Shown here one piece after another: positions 54,608-64,000 of a DNA stretch of 64,000 nt. How positions within the stretch are numbered: position 1 is the first letter of the stretch; each line of letters begins with the position of its first letter. Source of the DNA: an uncultured cyanobacterium (GTDB lineage Bacteria; Cyanobacteriota; Cyanobacteriia; Cyanobacteriales; Microcystaceae); assembly GCA_963807635.1 (NCBI GenBank), contig CAWEDJ010000028.1, positions 1 through 64,000 on the forward strand, given 5' to 3'. The position numbers and the translations under genes were made by a program. The notes below the pieces were generated by a model. The model was not told the origin of the DNA and did no database searches. It was given only the letters and a program-made list of their open reading frames with translations.

Positions 54608-56143
54608 ATGGCACGTTTAGCTCTGCTGAGTGTATCGGATAAAACAGGTTTAATTGAATTTGCTCGTCAGTTAGTAGAGGAGTTTCAGTTTGATCTCATC
54701 AGCAGTGGCGGAACTGCCCAGGCATTAAAAGCGGCAGGATTGCCCGTTACCAAGGTGAGCGATTACACAGGTTCCCCCGAAATTTTGGGCGGAAGGGTCA
54801 AAACCTTGCATCCCAAGATTCATGGTGGGATTTTAGCCCGTAAGGATTTGGCGCAGGATTTGGCGGATTTGGAGGCTAATGGGATTCGTCCGTTGGATTT
54901 AGTGGTGGTTAATCTCTATCCCTTTGAACAAACGATCGCTAAACCGAATGTCACCGTTGCCGAAGCTGTTGAACAAATTGATATTGGTGGCCCTGCCATG
55001 ATTCGAGCGACAGCCAAAAACTTTTTCCACACGACGATTTTATCCAATCCCAATCAGTACGACACTTTTTTAAACGCTTTACGGGAAAATAGTGACATTT
55101 CCTTGGAATTGCGCCAACAATTTGCAGGAGAAGCCTTTGCCCTGACCTGCCGTTATGATTCGGCGATCGCCACTTATTTTGCCGAGTTAAATCATCTTGC
55201 AGCCCCAGGCTTTGCCCTCAGTGGAACCTTATTACAAACCCTACGCTACGGCGAAAATCCTCACCAAAGTGCCGCCTGGTATCAAACGGGCAATGAAGCT
55301 TCGGGCTGGTCTAGCGCGGAAAAATTACAGGGAAAAGAATTAAGCTATAACAATTTAGTCGATTTAGAAGCCGCACGACGAATTATTGCCGAATTTGCTC
55401 CCATTGAACCTGCCGTTGCCATTCTCAAACATACCAATCCCTGCGGTGTGGCGATCGGCGATAGTTTAGTGAATGCCTACGAAAAAGCCTACGGAGCCGA
55501 TTCGGTGTCTGCTTTTGGGGGAATCGTTGTTTTGAATCAGTCCCTAGATGCGGCCACTGCCCAGGTAATGACCAAGACCTTTTTGGAATGTATTGTTGCC
55601 CCCGCTTGTACCCCAGAAGCTAAGGCGATTTTAGAGAAAAAACCGAATCTACGAGTCCTGATTCTGCCCGATTTAACCACTGGCCCCGCCCAAACCGTCA
55701 AGGCGATCGCGGGAGGATTATTAGTTCAAGCTTCGGACGATGTGGTTGATAAAGCTGAAAATTGGCAAGTTGTCACCGAAAAACAACCGACCCCAGAGGA
55801 ATTGGCTGAATTATTATTTGCATGGAAAGTTGCCAAACACGTTAAATCCAATGCGATCGTCGTGACCAAAAATCGCGCCACCTTGGGAGTGGGGGCAGGA
55901 CAAATGAATCGAGTCGGTTCCGTCGAAATTGCCCTTAAACAAGCAGGAGAAAGCGCGATCGGGGGTTTTCTAGCGAGTGATGGCTTCTTTCCCTTTGATG
56001 ACTCGGTGAGAACAGCCGCAGCCGCAGGAATTACGGCCATTGTTCAACCTGGTGGCTCAGTCCGAGATAAGGATTCCATCCAAGCCGCAAACGAATTGGG
56101 ATTGGTCATGGTCTTAACGGGAATTCGTCATTTCCTGCACTAA
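54608..56143 (+). CDS. purH: Bifunctional AICAR transformylase/IMP cyclohydrolase
   Basis: ALLSVSDKTG, GRVKTLHP, LRYGENPHQ, KHTNPCG, RHFLH. Confidence 0.97.
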   Translation: MARLALLSVSDKTGLIEFARQLVEEFQFDLISSGGTAQALKAAGLPVTKVSDYTGSPEILGGRVKTLHPKIHGGILARKDLAQDLADLEANGIRPLDLVVVNLYPFEQTIAKPNVTVAEAVEQIDIGGPAMIRATAKNFFHTTILSNPNQYDTFLNALRENSDISLELRQQFAGEAFALTCRYDSAIATYFAELNHLAAPGFALSGTLLQTLRYGENPHQSAAWYQTGNEASGWSSAEKLQGKELSYNNLVDLEAARRIIAEFAPIEPAVAILKHTNPCGVAIGDSLVNAYEKAYGADSVSAFGGIVVLNQSLDAATAQVMTKTFLECIVAPACTPEAKAILEKKPNLRVLILPDLTTGPAQTVKAIAGGLLVQASDDVVDKAENWQVVTEKQPTPEELAELLFAWKVAKHVKSNAIVVTKNRATLGVGAGQMNRVGSVEIALKQAGESAIGGFLASDGFFPFDDSVRTAAAAGITAIVQPGGSVRDKDSIQAANELGLVMVLTGIRHFLH

Positions 56144-56221
56144 AACAAAACTAGGAAATCAGTTTTTTGCTACTCTGCGATCGCCACTTCCCTTGTCAAC
56201 GTGTCAATCACAACTTTAATT

Positions 56222-57097
56222 TTAGGAATTAGCTTGCAATTGTTTGAGCATTTTTCTCAAAGAATCCCGCCAATAGGGAGGATAATCTCCTAAAGTATCT
56301 GTGATCTTTTTACCCGAAAGCACGGAGTAGGCAGGACGGACGGCTGGAGTTGGATAATCTTCGGTAGTAATCGGTATCACCCGTTGAACTTTGAGGGGAA
56401 ATCCTAATGCCCTAGCTTCTTCAAAAATCGCGATCGCAAAATCATACCAACTGACCACACCGCTATTGGTGAAATGATAAATTCCCCTTGCGTCAGTTTG
56501 CAGTAATTGGGCGATCGCGTCGGCAATATCCTTTGCCCAACTGGGACTACCCACTTGATCAGCGACAACTTTCAATTCTTCTCGATCTTGACCTAATCGG
56601 AGCATGGTTTTCACAAAATTACCTTTGCCATAAACGCCATAGACCCAAGCAGTTCTAAGAATTAAATAGTTATCTGTGACCTGTTGAATACCCATTTCCC
56701 CCGCTAATTTACTTTTTCCGTAACTACTGAGGGGATAGGTGGGATCAGTTTCGAGATAGGGCGTATTTTTTTTGCCATTAAAGACATAATCCGTAGAAAC
56801 TTGCAATAACAAAGCTCCTATTTTTTCCGCCTCTTCGGCCATAATTGTCGGAGCTGTTCCGTTAACCGCTTGAGCCAAATCAACTTCACTTTCTGCCTTG
56901 TCCACCGCCGTATAGGCCGCCGAATTAACAATTATGCTGGGTCGAACTTGCTGAACAAGCTGACGAATTTGCTCACCCTGACTGAGATCCAATTCTTGAC
57001 GAGTCAGGGCAACCACCTCTCCCAAGGGCATTAGGGTTTGCTGGAGTTGTTGTCCTAGCTGTCCATCTGCACCTGTCAGCAAAATACGGTTAGTCAT
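56222..57097 (-). CDS. rfbD: dTDP-4-dehydrorhamnose reductase
   Basis: GADGQLG, AAYTAVDKAE, STDYVF, YGKSK. Confidence 0.95.
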   Translation of the reverse strand: MTNRILLTGADGQLGQQLQQTLMPLGEVVALTRQELDLSQGEQIRQLVQQVRPSIIVNSAAYTAVDKAESEVDLAQAVNGTAPTIMAEEAEKIGALLLQVSTDYVFNGKKNTPYLETDPTYPLSSYGKSKLAGEMGIQQVTDNYLILRTAWVYGVYGKGNFVKTMLRLGQDREELKVVADQVGSPSWAKDIADAIAQLLQTDARGIYHFTNSGVVSWYDFAIAIFEEARALGFPLKVQRVIPITTEDYPTPAVRPAYSVLSGKKITDTLGDYPPYWRDSLRKMLKQLQANS

Positions 57098-57142
57098 GGC
57101 GGGTTAAGGATTGAGTGTTATTGAGTAATTGGGAATAATCAA

Positions 57143-58351
57143 TTAGTTACTCACTTTACCAATAACGCCCTCCACTAACCAATTCATTTTTTCCAATTCA
57201 GGATTGCCCTGATCAAAGGATTTACCCGCAGGAATAACAATTTTACCCGTATTATCTTTAATCGGCCCTTTATAGATGACCATGCTACCATCCATAAATT
57301 TAGCCTTGGCAGCATCGGCTTCCGTTTTGGCTTTTTCACTTACCGCCGCTCCATAGGGCGACATTTTGACAAAACCTTCCTTGAAGCCCCCCCGAACTAG
57401 ATGGGGAATTTCTCCATTCATCAGGGTTTTACCCCCTTGGATTTCTTTGACATACCGAGAATAAATGGTTGCCCAATCCCATTCCGCACCAGTAAGATAC
57501 CCTTTAGGGGCTAATTTTGCTTGGCTGGCATGATAGCCAGAGGAGAAAATACCCCGTTTTTCAGCAGTTTCTACGATAATTTTAGGGCCATCCACATGGG
57601 AGGTAAGTACATCAACCCCTTGATCCGCCATACTATTGGCCGCTTGCGCTTCTTTAATAGGTTCTGACCAATCCCCCGTAAAAATCACCTGGGTTGTGAC
57701 CTTGGGATTAACGCTTTTGGCTCCCAGGGTAAAGCTATTAATATTCCTCAATACCTGGGGAATGGGTTTGGCGGCCACAAAGCCTAATTTATTGGTTTTG
57801 GTGGTTAATCCCGCGACGATACCCGCGACATACTGGGCTTCATCAATGTAGCCAAAATAACTACCCACATTTTTGGGGTGAACGCCTTCTTGATAGAGTC
57901 CGCCTGCGTGGAAAAACTGGACTTCAGGGTATTGTTTGGCCATGACTAACACATGGGGGTCAAAATAACCGAAAGAAGTGGGAAAGAGGACTTTTGCGCC
58001 ATCCTGGTCGATCATACTCCGCATGGCTTCTTGAACTTCGTTGGTTTCGGGAACACTAGCCTGCTCTACGATTTTAATTCCAGGTAGGGCTGCGATCGCG
58101 GCGGCTCCTTCTGCGTGGGCTTGGTTATAGCCAAAATCATCCTTTGAACCCACATAAATAAACCCGACTACTAACGGTTCTCCCGTTGTGCTAGAGGTAG
58201 CAGGACTCGCTCCTGTTGTGGTTTCTGGAGTCGTTTCCTTAGCGGGGGTACAACCTGTGCCGAATTTTACCGTTGCAGCAAAGGCTGATGTAGCGAGCAA
58301 TCCTCGAATGATTTGACGACGGGAGAGGGAAAATTTTTCGGGTTTCATCAT
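57143..58351 (-). CDS. BMP-family ABC substrate-binding protein with Tat-like signal
   Basis: SRRQII signal; GFIYVG...D.GYNQAH, TSFGY. Confidence 0.88.
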   Translation of the reverse strand: MMKPEKFSLSRRQIIRGLLATSAFAATVKFGTGCTPAKETTPETTTGASPATSSTTGEPLVVGFIYVGSKDDFGYNQAHAEGAAAIAALPGIKIVEQASVPETNEVQEAMRSMIDQDGAKVLFPTSFGYFDPHVLVMAKQYPEVQFFHAGGLYQEGVHPKNVGSYFGYIDEAQYVAGIVAGLTTKTNKLGFVAAKPIPQVLRNINSFTLGAKSVNPKVTTQVIFTGDWSEPIKEAQAANSMADQGVDVLTSHVDGPKIIVETAEKRGIFSSGYHASQAKLAPKGYLTGAEWDWATIYSRYVKEIQGGKTLMNGEIPHLVRGGFKEGFVKMSPYGAAVSEKAKTEADAAKAKFMDGSMVIYKGPIKDNTGKIVIPAGKSFDQGNPELEKMNWLVEGVIGKVSN

Positions 58352-58560
58352 TATTTAAAAAGTCCTGATTGAGCTTGAATCGTAAAGAAATTATTGGCAA
58401 AATCATCCATTTCAAGAAAAATAAAATACTATTGGATAATTTTGTCGGTTTTTATGGTGAATGTGAACTGACTGGTTGGATAACGTTAAATTTTAACTAA
58501 AAGAAGATTACCGAAAAAAAGCGATTCCAAACCATCTAATCATTTTTTCGTAAATGGATT

Positions 58561-58574
58561 GTATCGTTGATTAC
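58561..58574. promoter_or_regulatory. Putative NtcA site
   Basis: GTA-TCGTTGAT-TAC (GTA-N8-TAC) between the BMP and kinase genes. Confidence 0.5.
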
Positions 58575-58711
58575 GGTTAACTGAGCTTTTTCAATAATTG
58601 CGATCGCTGATCACCTCTCTCCCTTATCAGAGATAAAAAATCATCCCTAATCGACAAAAGATAACCGATAATTAATCCATTACAAGTCAAGAGCCTGATC
58701 TATCTTCCCCG

Positions 58712-60637
58712 ATGAACCAGCCCATCAAACCCGGTAAATTAATCAATGATCACTATTTAGTCAAGCTCATCCTTGGTCAGGGAAGATTTAATCGAACCTA
58801 CTTGGTAGAAGATACCCATCGTTTCAATGAACCTTGTGTTGTTAAGGAATTCGCCCCTAAAATTGAAGATCCTGTTATTCGACAAAAGACGGCAGAACTC
58901 TTCCATCGTCAAGCAGAAATTCTTTATCATCTATATCATCCGCAATTAGCTAATTTTAGGGAAATTTTCCAAGTATCCCAAGAAAATCCAGATTCGATTT
59001 TCCTGGTTCAAGATTATGTTGAGGGGCAGACCTATCAGGATTTATTAAATTTACGGCGGAGTCGGGGCAAATTTTTCAATGAAGCCGAAATAAAATCTCT
59101 ATTGCAACAAGTTTTGCCAATTTTGCAGTATCTCCACGAGCAAGGAATTATTCATCGCGATATTTGCCCTAAAAATATTATTCAGCGTGAATTTGACTCA
59201 TTACCCGTTTTAATCGATTTTAGTAGCGTCAAACTTTTAGAACCCAAATCATCACAAGAGCAGTCAACTCAAGCTGTTAATGGCCAACCAAAAACTTCTT
59301 GGGTTTTAAATCAATTGGGAAAGATGACCTATGGGAGTAAGGAACAGGAATCGCTTAAATTGGTCTCTATTGATAGGGATTTATACGGTTTAGGGGTTAC
59401 GGCGGTGGTACTGTTGACGGGAAAGGATATTTCTCTTTTAACGGATACCCAGCAAACCCTAGCAGAAATATTGCACCAGCACTCTGTTAGTCTCCAGCTA
59501 ACCCAGATTTTGTTGAAAATGTTAGCTAGTCCAACGGAGCCTCGCTTTTCTTCTGCTAAGGAAATACTCGATGATTTAAACCAAGATAATTTTTTCGATT
59601 CTGTTGATAATGAGGGAAAAAGTAAGGGCAATATCAGCGAAATCCCAGCCGATAAGTCTAAATCTAATTCTGTAGCTCCTGTCGTTCAAAATTCTGATAT
59701 GGCCGCTATTTCTCCTCCTTCTCAAAAAGTTCTCTGGGGTTGTTTAGGTAAATTAAGTTTATTTCTCTTACTGGTCACTATTTCTGGACTAATGGGCTGG
59801 TTTGCGGGTAAAACTTGGCTGGTGAAAATGTTGCAACCGACGGCGATTAATTCGACAAATTCCGATATTTTAACCTCAAACAACGGTTCCACTGGGACGA
59901 CTCCCCCCCCAGAAGAGGGAAATAACAATAAGGATCTGGTCACTCGACGGCGAGAGTTGGGGATTGATCGCCTCTTTTTTAATCAATTAGTTGACCAAAG
60001 TTTAGCCATTCAAGATACCGCTTCCCAGGAGAAGGCAACTTCTAAGGAACAAGCCTGGGAAAAAGCCGCGAATAACCTATTGGATAAACTCACTCCCTTA
60101 AGTCCAGACGCATTGAGGGGATTAGGCCGCTATGGCATTGAACAACGGTCTGAATGGGCCAGACGGGTTAATCAATTGCATTTGAGTAGTCGCGCCCTCT
60201 CCAATTTGGCTAATATTCGTTTCTTAAAGGATTTTCCTGAGCTAGAAAACCAGAATTTTATGGATCAGCCCCTGGGTCAGGTTTGGTACGCGATCGCGTT
60301 TGATACGGTGCAATCTCTTGAATCTAAAAAAAACTATGAACTATTAACCAAGGACGGAAGCCAGACCACCCAACAGGTCATGGGCAAACTCGAACCTGGA
60401 GAGGGAAAAGCCTATAGTATTTCTTTGCCCGCATCTAAACCAATGGAAATTAAACTCCAAGCCAGTCCCGATGCCCTGCTGACTATTTATTCCCCCACTG
60501 GACAGGAAATTTTATTAGACAACTCTCGCACCCATCAGTGGTCGGGAATTCTACCCGAAAGCGGTTACTACGAAATTCTGGTTACGTCAAAAGCCAAAGA
60601 AGCCTTTGATTACCAACTGACTCTCAGTGTTTGGTAG
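58712..60637 (+). CDS. Membrane Ser/Thr kinase-like protein with degenerate motifs and a C-terminal PPC-like domain
   Basis: CVVKEF and IHRDICPKN present; DFG reads DFS; TM segment near residues 345-365. Confidence 0.85.
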   Translation: MNQPIKPGKLINDHYLVKLILGQGRFNRTYLVEDTHRFNEPCVVKEFAPKIEDPVIRQKTAELFHRQAEILYHLYHPQLANFREIFQVSQENPDSIFLVQDYVEGQTYQDLLNLRRSRGKFFNEAEIKSLLQQVLPILQYLHEQGIIHRDICPKNIIQREFDSLPVLIDFSSVKLLEPKSSQEQSTQAVNGQPKTSWVLNQLGKMTYGSKEQESLKLVSIDRDLYGLGVTAVVLLTGKDISLLTDTQQTLAEILHQHSVSLQLTQILLKMLASPTEPRFSSAKEILDDLNQDNFFDSVDNEGKSKGNISEIPADKSKSNSVAPVVQNSDMAAISPPSQKVLWGCLGKLSLFLLLVTISGLMGWFAGKTWLVKMLQPTAINSTNSDILTSNNGSTGTTPPPEEGNNNKDLVTRRRELGIDRLFFNQLVDQSLAIQDTASQEKATSKEQAWEKAANNLLDKLTPLSPDALRGLGRYGIEQRSEWARRVNQLHLSSRALSNLANIRFLKDFPELENQNFMDQPLGQVWYAIAFDTVQSLESKKNYELLTKDGSQTTQQVMGKLEPGEGKAYSISLPASKPMEIKLQASPDALLTIYSPTGQEILLDNSRTHQWSGILPESGYYEILVTSKAKEAFDYQLTLSVW

Positions 60638-60736
60638 GGTCTGGGAACTTGAATTTTTGACCCAATTATCCCGTAACGAAACGCCACAACGCCCTATAAT
60701 AACAAAATATTAAGGTGAAAACGCAACTCGAAGACT

Positions 60737-61720
60737 ATGGCAGAAACCCTACTATTCAAAGCATTACAACAGGCGATCGACGAAGAAATGGGGCGGGATG
60801 AAACCGTCTATGTTCTTGGAGAAGATGTAGGGCAGTACGGCGGTTCCTACAAAGTAACGAAAGATTTATACGAAAAATACGGTGAATGGCGGGTACTGGA
60901 TACACCCATTGCTGAAAATAGTTTTACAGGCATGGCCGTCGGTTCAGCGATGACAGGTTTGCGTCCCATTATTGAAGGAATGAACATGGGCTTTTTGCTG
61001 CTCGCCTTCAATCAAATTGCCAATAACGCGGGAATGCTCCGTTATACTTCTGGGGGAAATTTTAAAATTCCGATGGTGATTCGGGGGCCAGGCGGAGTGG
61101 GCAGACAACTCGGTGCAGAACATTCCCAACGACTAGAAGCCTATTTTCACGCCGTCCCAGGGCTAAAAATTGTCGCTTGTTCTACTCCCTACAATGCCAA
61201 AGGTCTTTTAAAGGCTGCCATTCGTGACGATAATCCCGTCCTATTTTTTGAACACGTTTTACTCTACAACCTCAAAGAAAACCTGCCCGATGGGGAATAT
61301 ATTGTTCCCCTAGATAAGGCTGAAATCGTTCGTCCTGGGAAAGACATTACTATTCTCACCTATTCTCGGATGCGTCACCATTGTTTACAGGCTCTCAAAC
61401 AAATCGAAAAAGATGGTTACGACCCTGAAATTATTGATCTCATTTCCCTCAAACCCTTTGACATGGAAACGATTGGAGCATCTATTCGCAAAACCCATCG
61501 GGTAATTATTGTCGAAGAATGTATGAAAACGGGCGGGATCGCAGTGGAATTAATGTCTTTGATCACCGAGCAGTTTTTTGATGAACTAGATTCTCCTGTG
61601 GTGCGATTATCTTCCCAGGATATTCCGACTCCCTATAACGGAGCCTTGGAACGGTTAACCATTGTTCAGCCTCATCAGATTGCCGAAGCCGTTAAGAAAA
61701 TGATGAATTTAGGTTTCTAA
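60737..61720 (+). CDS. pdhB: Pyruvate dehydrogenase E1 beta subunit
   Basis: [26 protein letters not shown]. Confidence 0.96.
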   Translation: MAETLLFKALQQAIDEEMGRDETVYVLGEDVGQYGGSYKVTKDLYEKYGEWRVLDTPIAENSFTGMAVGSAMTGLRPIIEGMNMGFLLLAFNQIANNAGMLRYTSGGNFKIPMVIRGPGGVGRQLGAEHSQRLEAYFHAVPGLKIVACSTPYNAKGLLKAAIRDDNPVLFFEHVLLYNLKENLPDGEYIVPLDKAEIVRPGKDITILTYSRMRHHCLQALKQIEKDGYDPEIIDLISLKPFDMETIGASIRKTHRVIIVEECMKTGGIAVELMSLITEQFFDELDSPVVRLSSQDIPTPYNGALERLTIVQPHQIAEAVKKMMNLGF

Positions 61721-61848
61721 TCGTAGATTTAGGTTAAATAAATCGCAATCCAGCAAACACGCACGATGGATTACAGTTTATTTAAGGATTTGTTCCATTT
61801 CTTTGGGGTTAATCTAGGTTATTGGGTTCTACAGACTATTTAAGTTTA

Positions 61849-61872
61849 AGGGCGCACGCCATGCGCCCCTAC
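61849..61872 (-). repeat. GTAG-type REP-like palindrome
   Basis: Minus strand GTAGGGGCGCATGGCGTGCGCCCT. Confidence 0.75.
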
Positions 61873-62049
61873 TAAAACTAATTTTTTTACACAACTGTAT
61901 AGTAAATTAGACTCTGTTTTGTTGGGTTTGTCTGTATTTAACCCAACTTACTTTTTTAATGTCATAGCGTTAAGACCCTATTTTTTGGTAGAGTTCAAAA
62001 ATATCAGGCTCAACACCTATCTTTCTATTTCTTACTTCCTTCTTCCCGT

Positions 62050-63468
62050 ATGCAAAAACAGCGTTGGTTAATTGCCCTCATCCTAACTCTAGTGGTCGGT
62101 TCCTTTGTGGTTTTGTTTAAACTACCTCTACAACTCGGTTTAGACCTCCGAGGGGGGGCGCAGTTAACGATGGAAGTCCAACCGACCAAAGAAGTCACTC
62201 AAATTAAACCAGAAGATCTGGCCGCCGTTAAAACCGTAATTGAAAATCGGGTCAATGCCTTGGGGGTATCGGAACCCTTAGTGCAAACAGTGGGGCAGGA
62301 TAAAATTTTGGTGCAATTGCCTGGGGTCACTAATCCTGAACAGGCAGAACGGATTTTAGGGGGAACGGCTCAACTAGAATTTCGGGAACAAAAGCAGGGA
62401 ACGGAAGGAGAATTTCAGGCTGAATATAGCATTAAACGCCAATTAGAGGCTCAATCGGTTTTTTTGAGAAAGCAAAATGTTGATCCGACTAAATTAACAG
62501 AATTAATTAAATCTCTAGATGGTTCTAATCAAGCGATTCTAAAACTATTTGAACCGGTTGGATTGACAGGAAAAAATCTCAAGGATGCTCGTCCTTCTCC
62601 CACTCAGGCGGGTAATGCGTGGGAAGTGGCGATTCGTTTTGATGAATTTGGTGGTCAGAAGTTTGCCGAGTTAACCAAAAATTTAGCGGGAACGGGTCGG
62701 AGTATCGGAATTTTTCTGGATAATAGTTTGATTAGTGCGCCAGTGGTCGGGGTTGAGTTTGCGAGTACGGGAATTTCGGGCGGTAGTGCGGTTATTACGG
62801 GCAATTTTACGGTAGAAACTGCCAATGATTTAGCAGTGCAGTTGAGAGGCGGATCTTTACCTTTCCCTGTAAAAGTGGTGGAAAATCGGACGGTGGGAGC
62901 AACTCTTGGGCAAGATAGTATTCGTCGTAGTATTGTTGCTGGGGCGGCTGGATTATCCTTGGTTCTCATCTTTATGGCGGTTTATTATCGCTTGCCTGGG
63001 GTTATTGCCGATGTATCCTTGTTAATCTATACCTTATTGAGTCTGGCGGCTTTTGCTTTGATCGGGGTGACGTTAACTCTTCCAGGAATTGCGGGTTTTA
63101 TTCTGAGTATTGGGATGGCAGTGGATGCCAATGTGCTGATTTTTGAGCGGACTCGTGAGGAATTGCGGGCGGGGAACACGCTCTATCGGTCAGTTGAAGG
63201 CGGTTTTTATCGGGCTTTTTCCAGTATTTTGGATAGTAATGTGACGACTTTGATTGCCTGTGGCGCACTTTTTTGGTTGGGTTCAGGTTTGGTTAAGGGC
63301 TTTGCGTTGACCTTGGCGATCGGGGTTATGGTCAGTATGTTTACGGCTTTGACCTGTAGCCGCACGTTACTCTTAATGGTCGTTCTGGGAGTGCCTGGCA
63401 TTCGTCAAAAACCTGAGTTATTTTGTCCCAACTTAGACAATGCCGCGATCGCGAAAGGTTCGGTGTAG
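62050..63468 (+). CDS. secD: Protein translocase subunit SecD
   Basis: LGLDLRGG, RVNALGVSEP, GMAVDANVLIFER, DSNVTT. Confidence 0.97.
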   Translation: MQKQRWLIALILTLVVGSFVVLFKLPLQLGLDLRGGAQLTMEVQPTKEVTQIKPEDLAAVKTVIENRVNALGVSEPLVQTVGQDKILVQLPGVTNPEQAERILGGTAQLEFREQKQGTEGEFQAEYSIKRQLEAQSVFLRKQNVDPTKLTELIKSLDGSNQAILKLFEPVGLTGKNLKDARPSPTQAGNAWEVAIRFDEFGGQKFAELTKNLAGTGRSIGIFLDNSLISAPVVGVEFASTGISGGSAVITGNFTVETANDLAVQLRGGSLPFPVKVVENRTVGATLGQDSIRRSIVAGAAGLSLVLIFMAVYYRLPGVIADVSLLIYTLLSLAAFALIGVTLTLPGIAGFILSIGMAVDANVLIFERTREELRAGNTLYRSVEGGFYRAFSSILDSNVTTLIACGALFWLGSGLVKGFALTLAIGVMVSMFTALTCSRTLLLMVVLGVPGIRQKPELFCPNLDNAAIAKGSV

Positions 63469-63515
63469 GCGATCGCGATTAAATCAGTAATTAAATTATT
63501 AGGAGAAGCAAAAAA

Positions 63516-64000
63516 ATGAGAATTGATGTGATTAAACGGGAAAAATTTTGGTGGTCAACTTCCGTTTTTATTATTGCCTTTGGTCTGATTGCGATGGCGG
63601 TTTCCTGGTCAATTATTGGCACACCTTTAAAGCCTAGCTTAGATTTTATCGGTGGAACTCGTTTACAATTGCAACTAGAATGTGCCGTTAATAAGAGTTG
63701 TGCCGAACCGATTGATGCGGCTAAGGTACGTTCTGTTTTAGATGAGGAAGGATTGGGAGCAAGTGGCATTCAAATTGTTGAAGATTATACTTTGTCCATT
63801 CGTGCTAAAACCCTGGATGTGGGAGAAAGAACCAAACTTCAACAAGTTCTAACGGAAAAAATTGGTAAATTTAATCCTGAAACCATTCAAATTGACACAG
63901 TTGGCCCGACCATCGGCAAAGAATTATTTACTTCTGGACTGTTAGCGTTAATTCTTTCTTTTGCGGGTATTGCTGTTTATTTAAACTTTCGTTTTCAATC
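63516..64000 (+). CDS. secF: Protein translocase subunit SecF (5' part; runs off the window)
   Basis: Manual translation MRIDVIKREKFWW...LDFIGGT...DTVGPTIGKEL; follows secD. Confidence 0.93.
   Translation, partial: MRIDVIKREKFWWSTSVFIIAFGLIAMAVSWSIIGTPLKPSLDFIGGTRLQLQLECAVNKSCAEPIDAAKVRSVLDEEGLGASGIQIVEDYTLSIRAKTLDVGERTKLQQVLTEKIGKFNPETIQIDTVGPTIGKELFTSGLLALILSFAGIAVYLNFRFQ

Overview
Cyanobacterial chromosomal DNA. Evidence: dense HIP1 octamer GCGATCGC plus psbK, chlLN, crtR and cruFG; probably a unicellular Synechocystis-related lineage (inference). Most of the window is housekeeping: recG, a sucrose cluster (sps-spp-fructokinase-amylosucrase), wecB, signalling genes, riboflavin synthase, ychF, dxs, coaE, ugd, purH, rfbD, pdhB and secDF. 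The standout is an AT-rich accessory block at ~1-5.5 kb. It holds an IS630 element, then a six-unit CRISPR-like array (1228-1634) whose 36-37 nt repeats keep the 3' end TGAGGRTTGAAAC and a covarying stem-loop while the rest diverges. Converging on the array is a minus-strand run: recG > Cas4-like PD-(D/E)XK nuclease > long prokaryotic Argonaute (DEDD tetrad intact, one frameshift) > antitoxin > PemK/MazF toxin. The Argonaute + Cas4-like pair is a known cyanobacterial system (pAgo-ACE1). A link to the array is unproven and is the main lead. Other oddities: an orphan copy of the ATP synthase gamma 3' end, a DUF2231::GMC-oxidoreductase deletion chimera, and a kinase gene flanked by HIP1-containing direct repeats. 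At least nine genes carry single-base frameshifts, most likely assembly errors.
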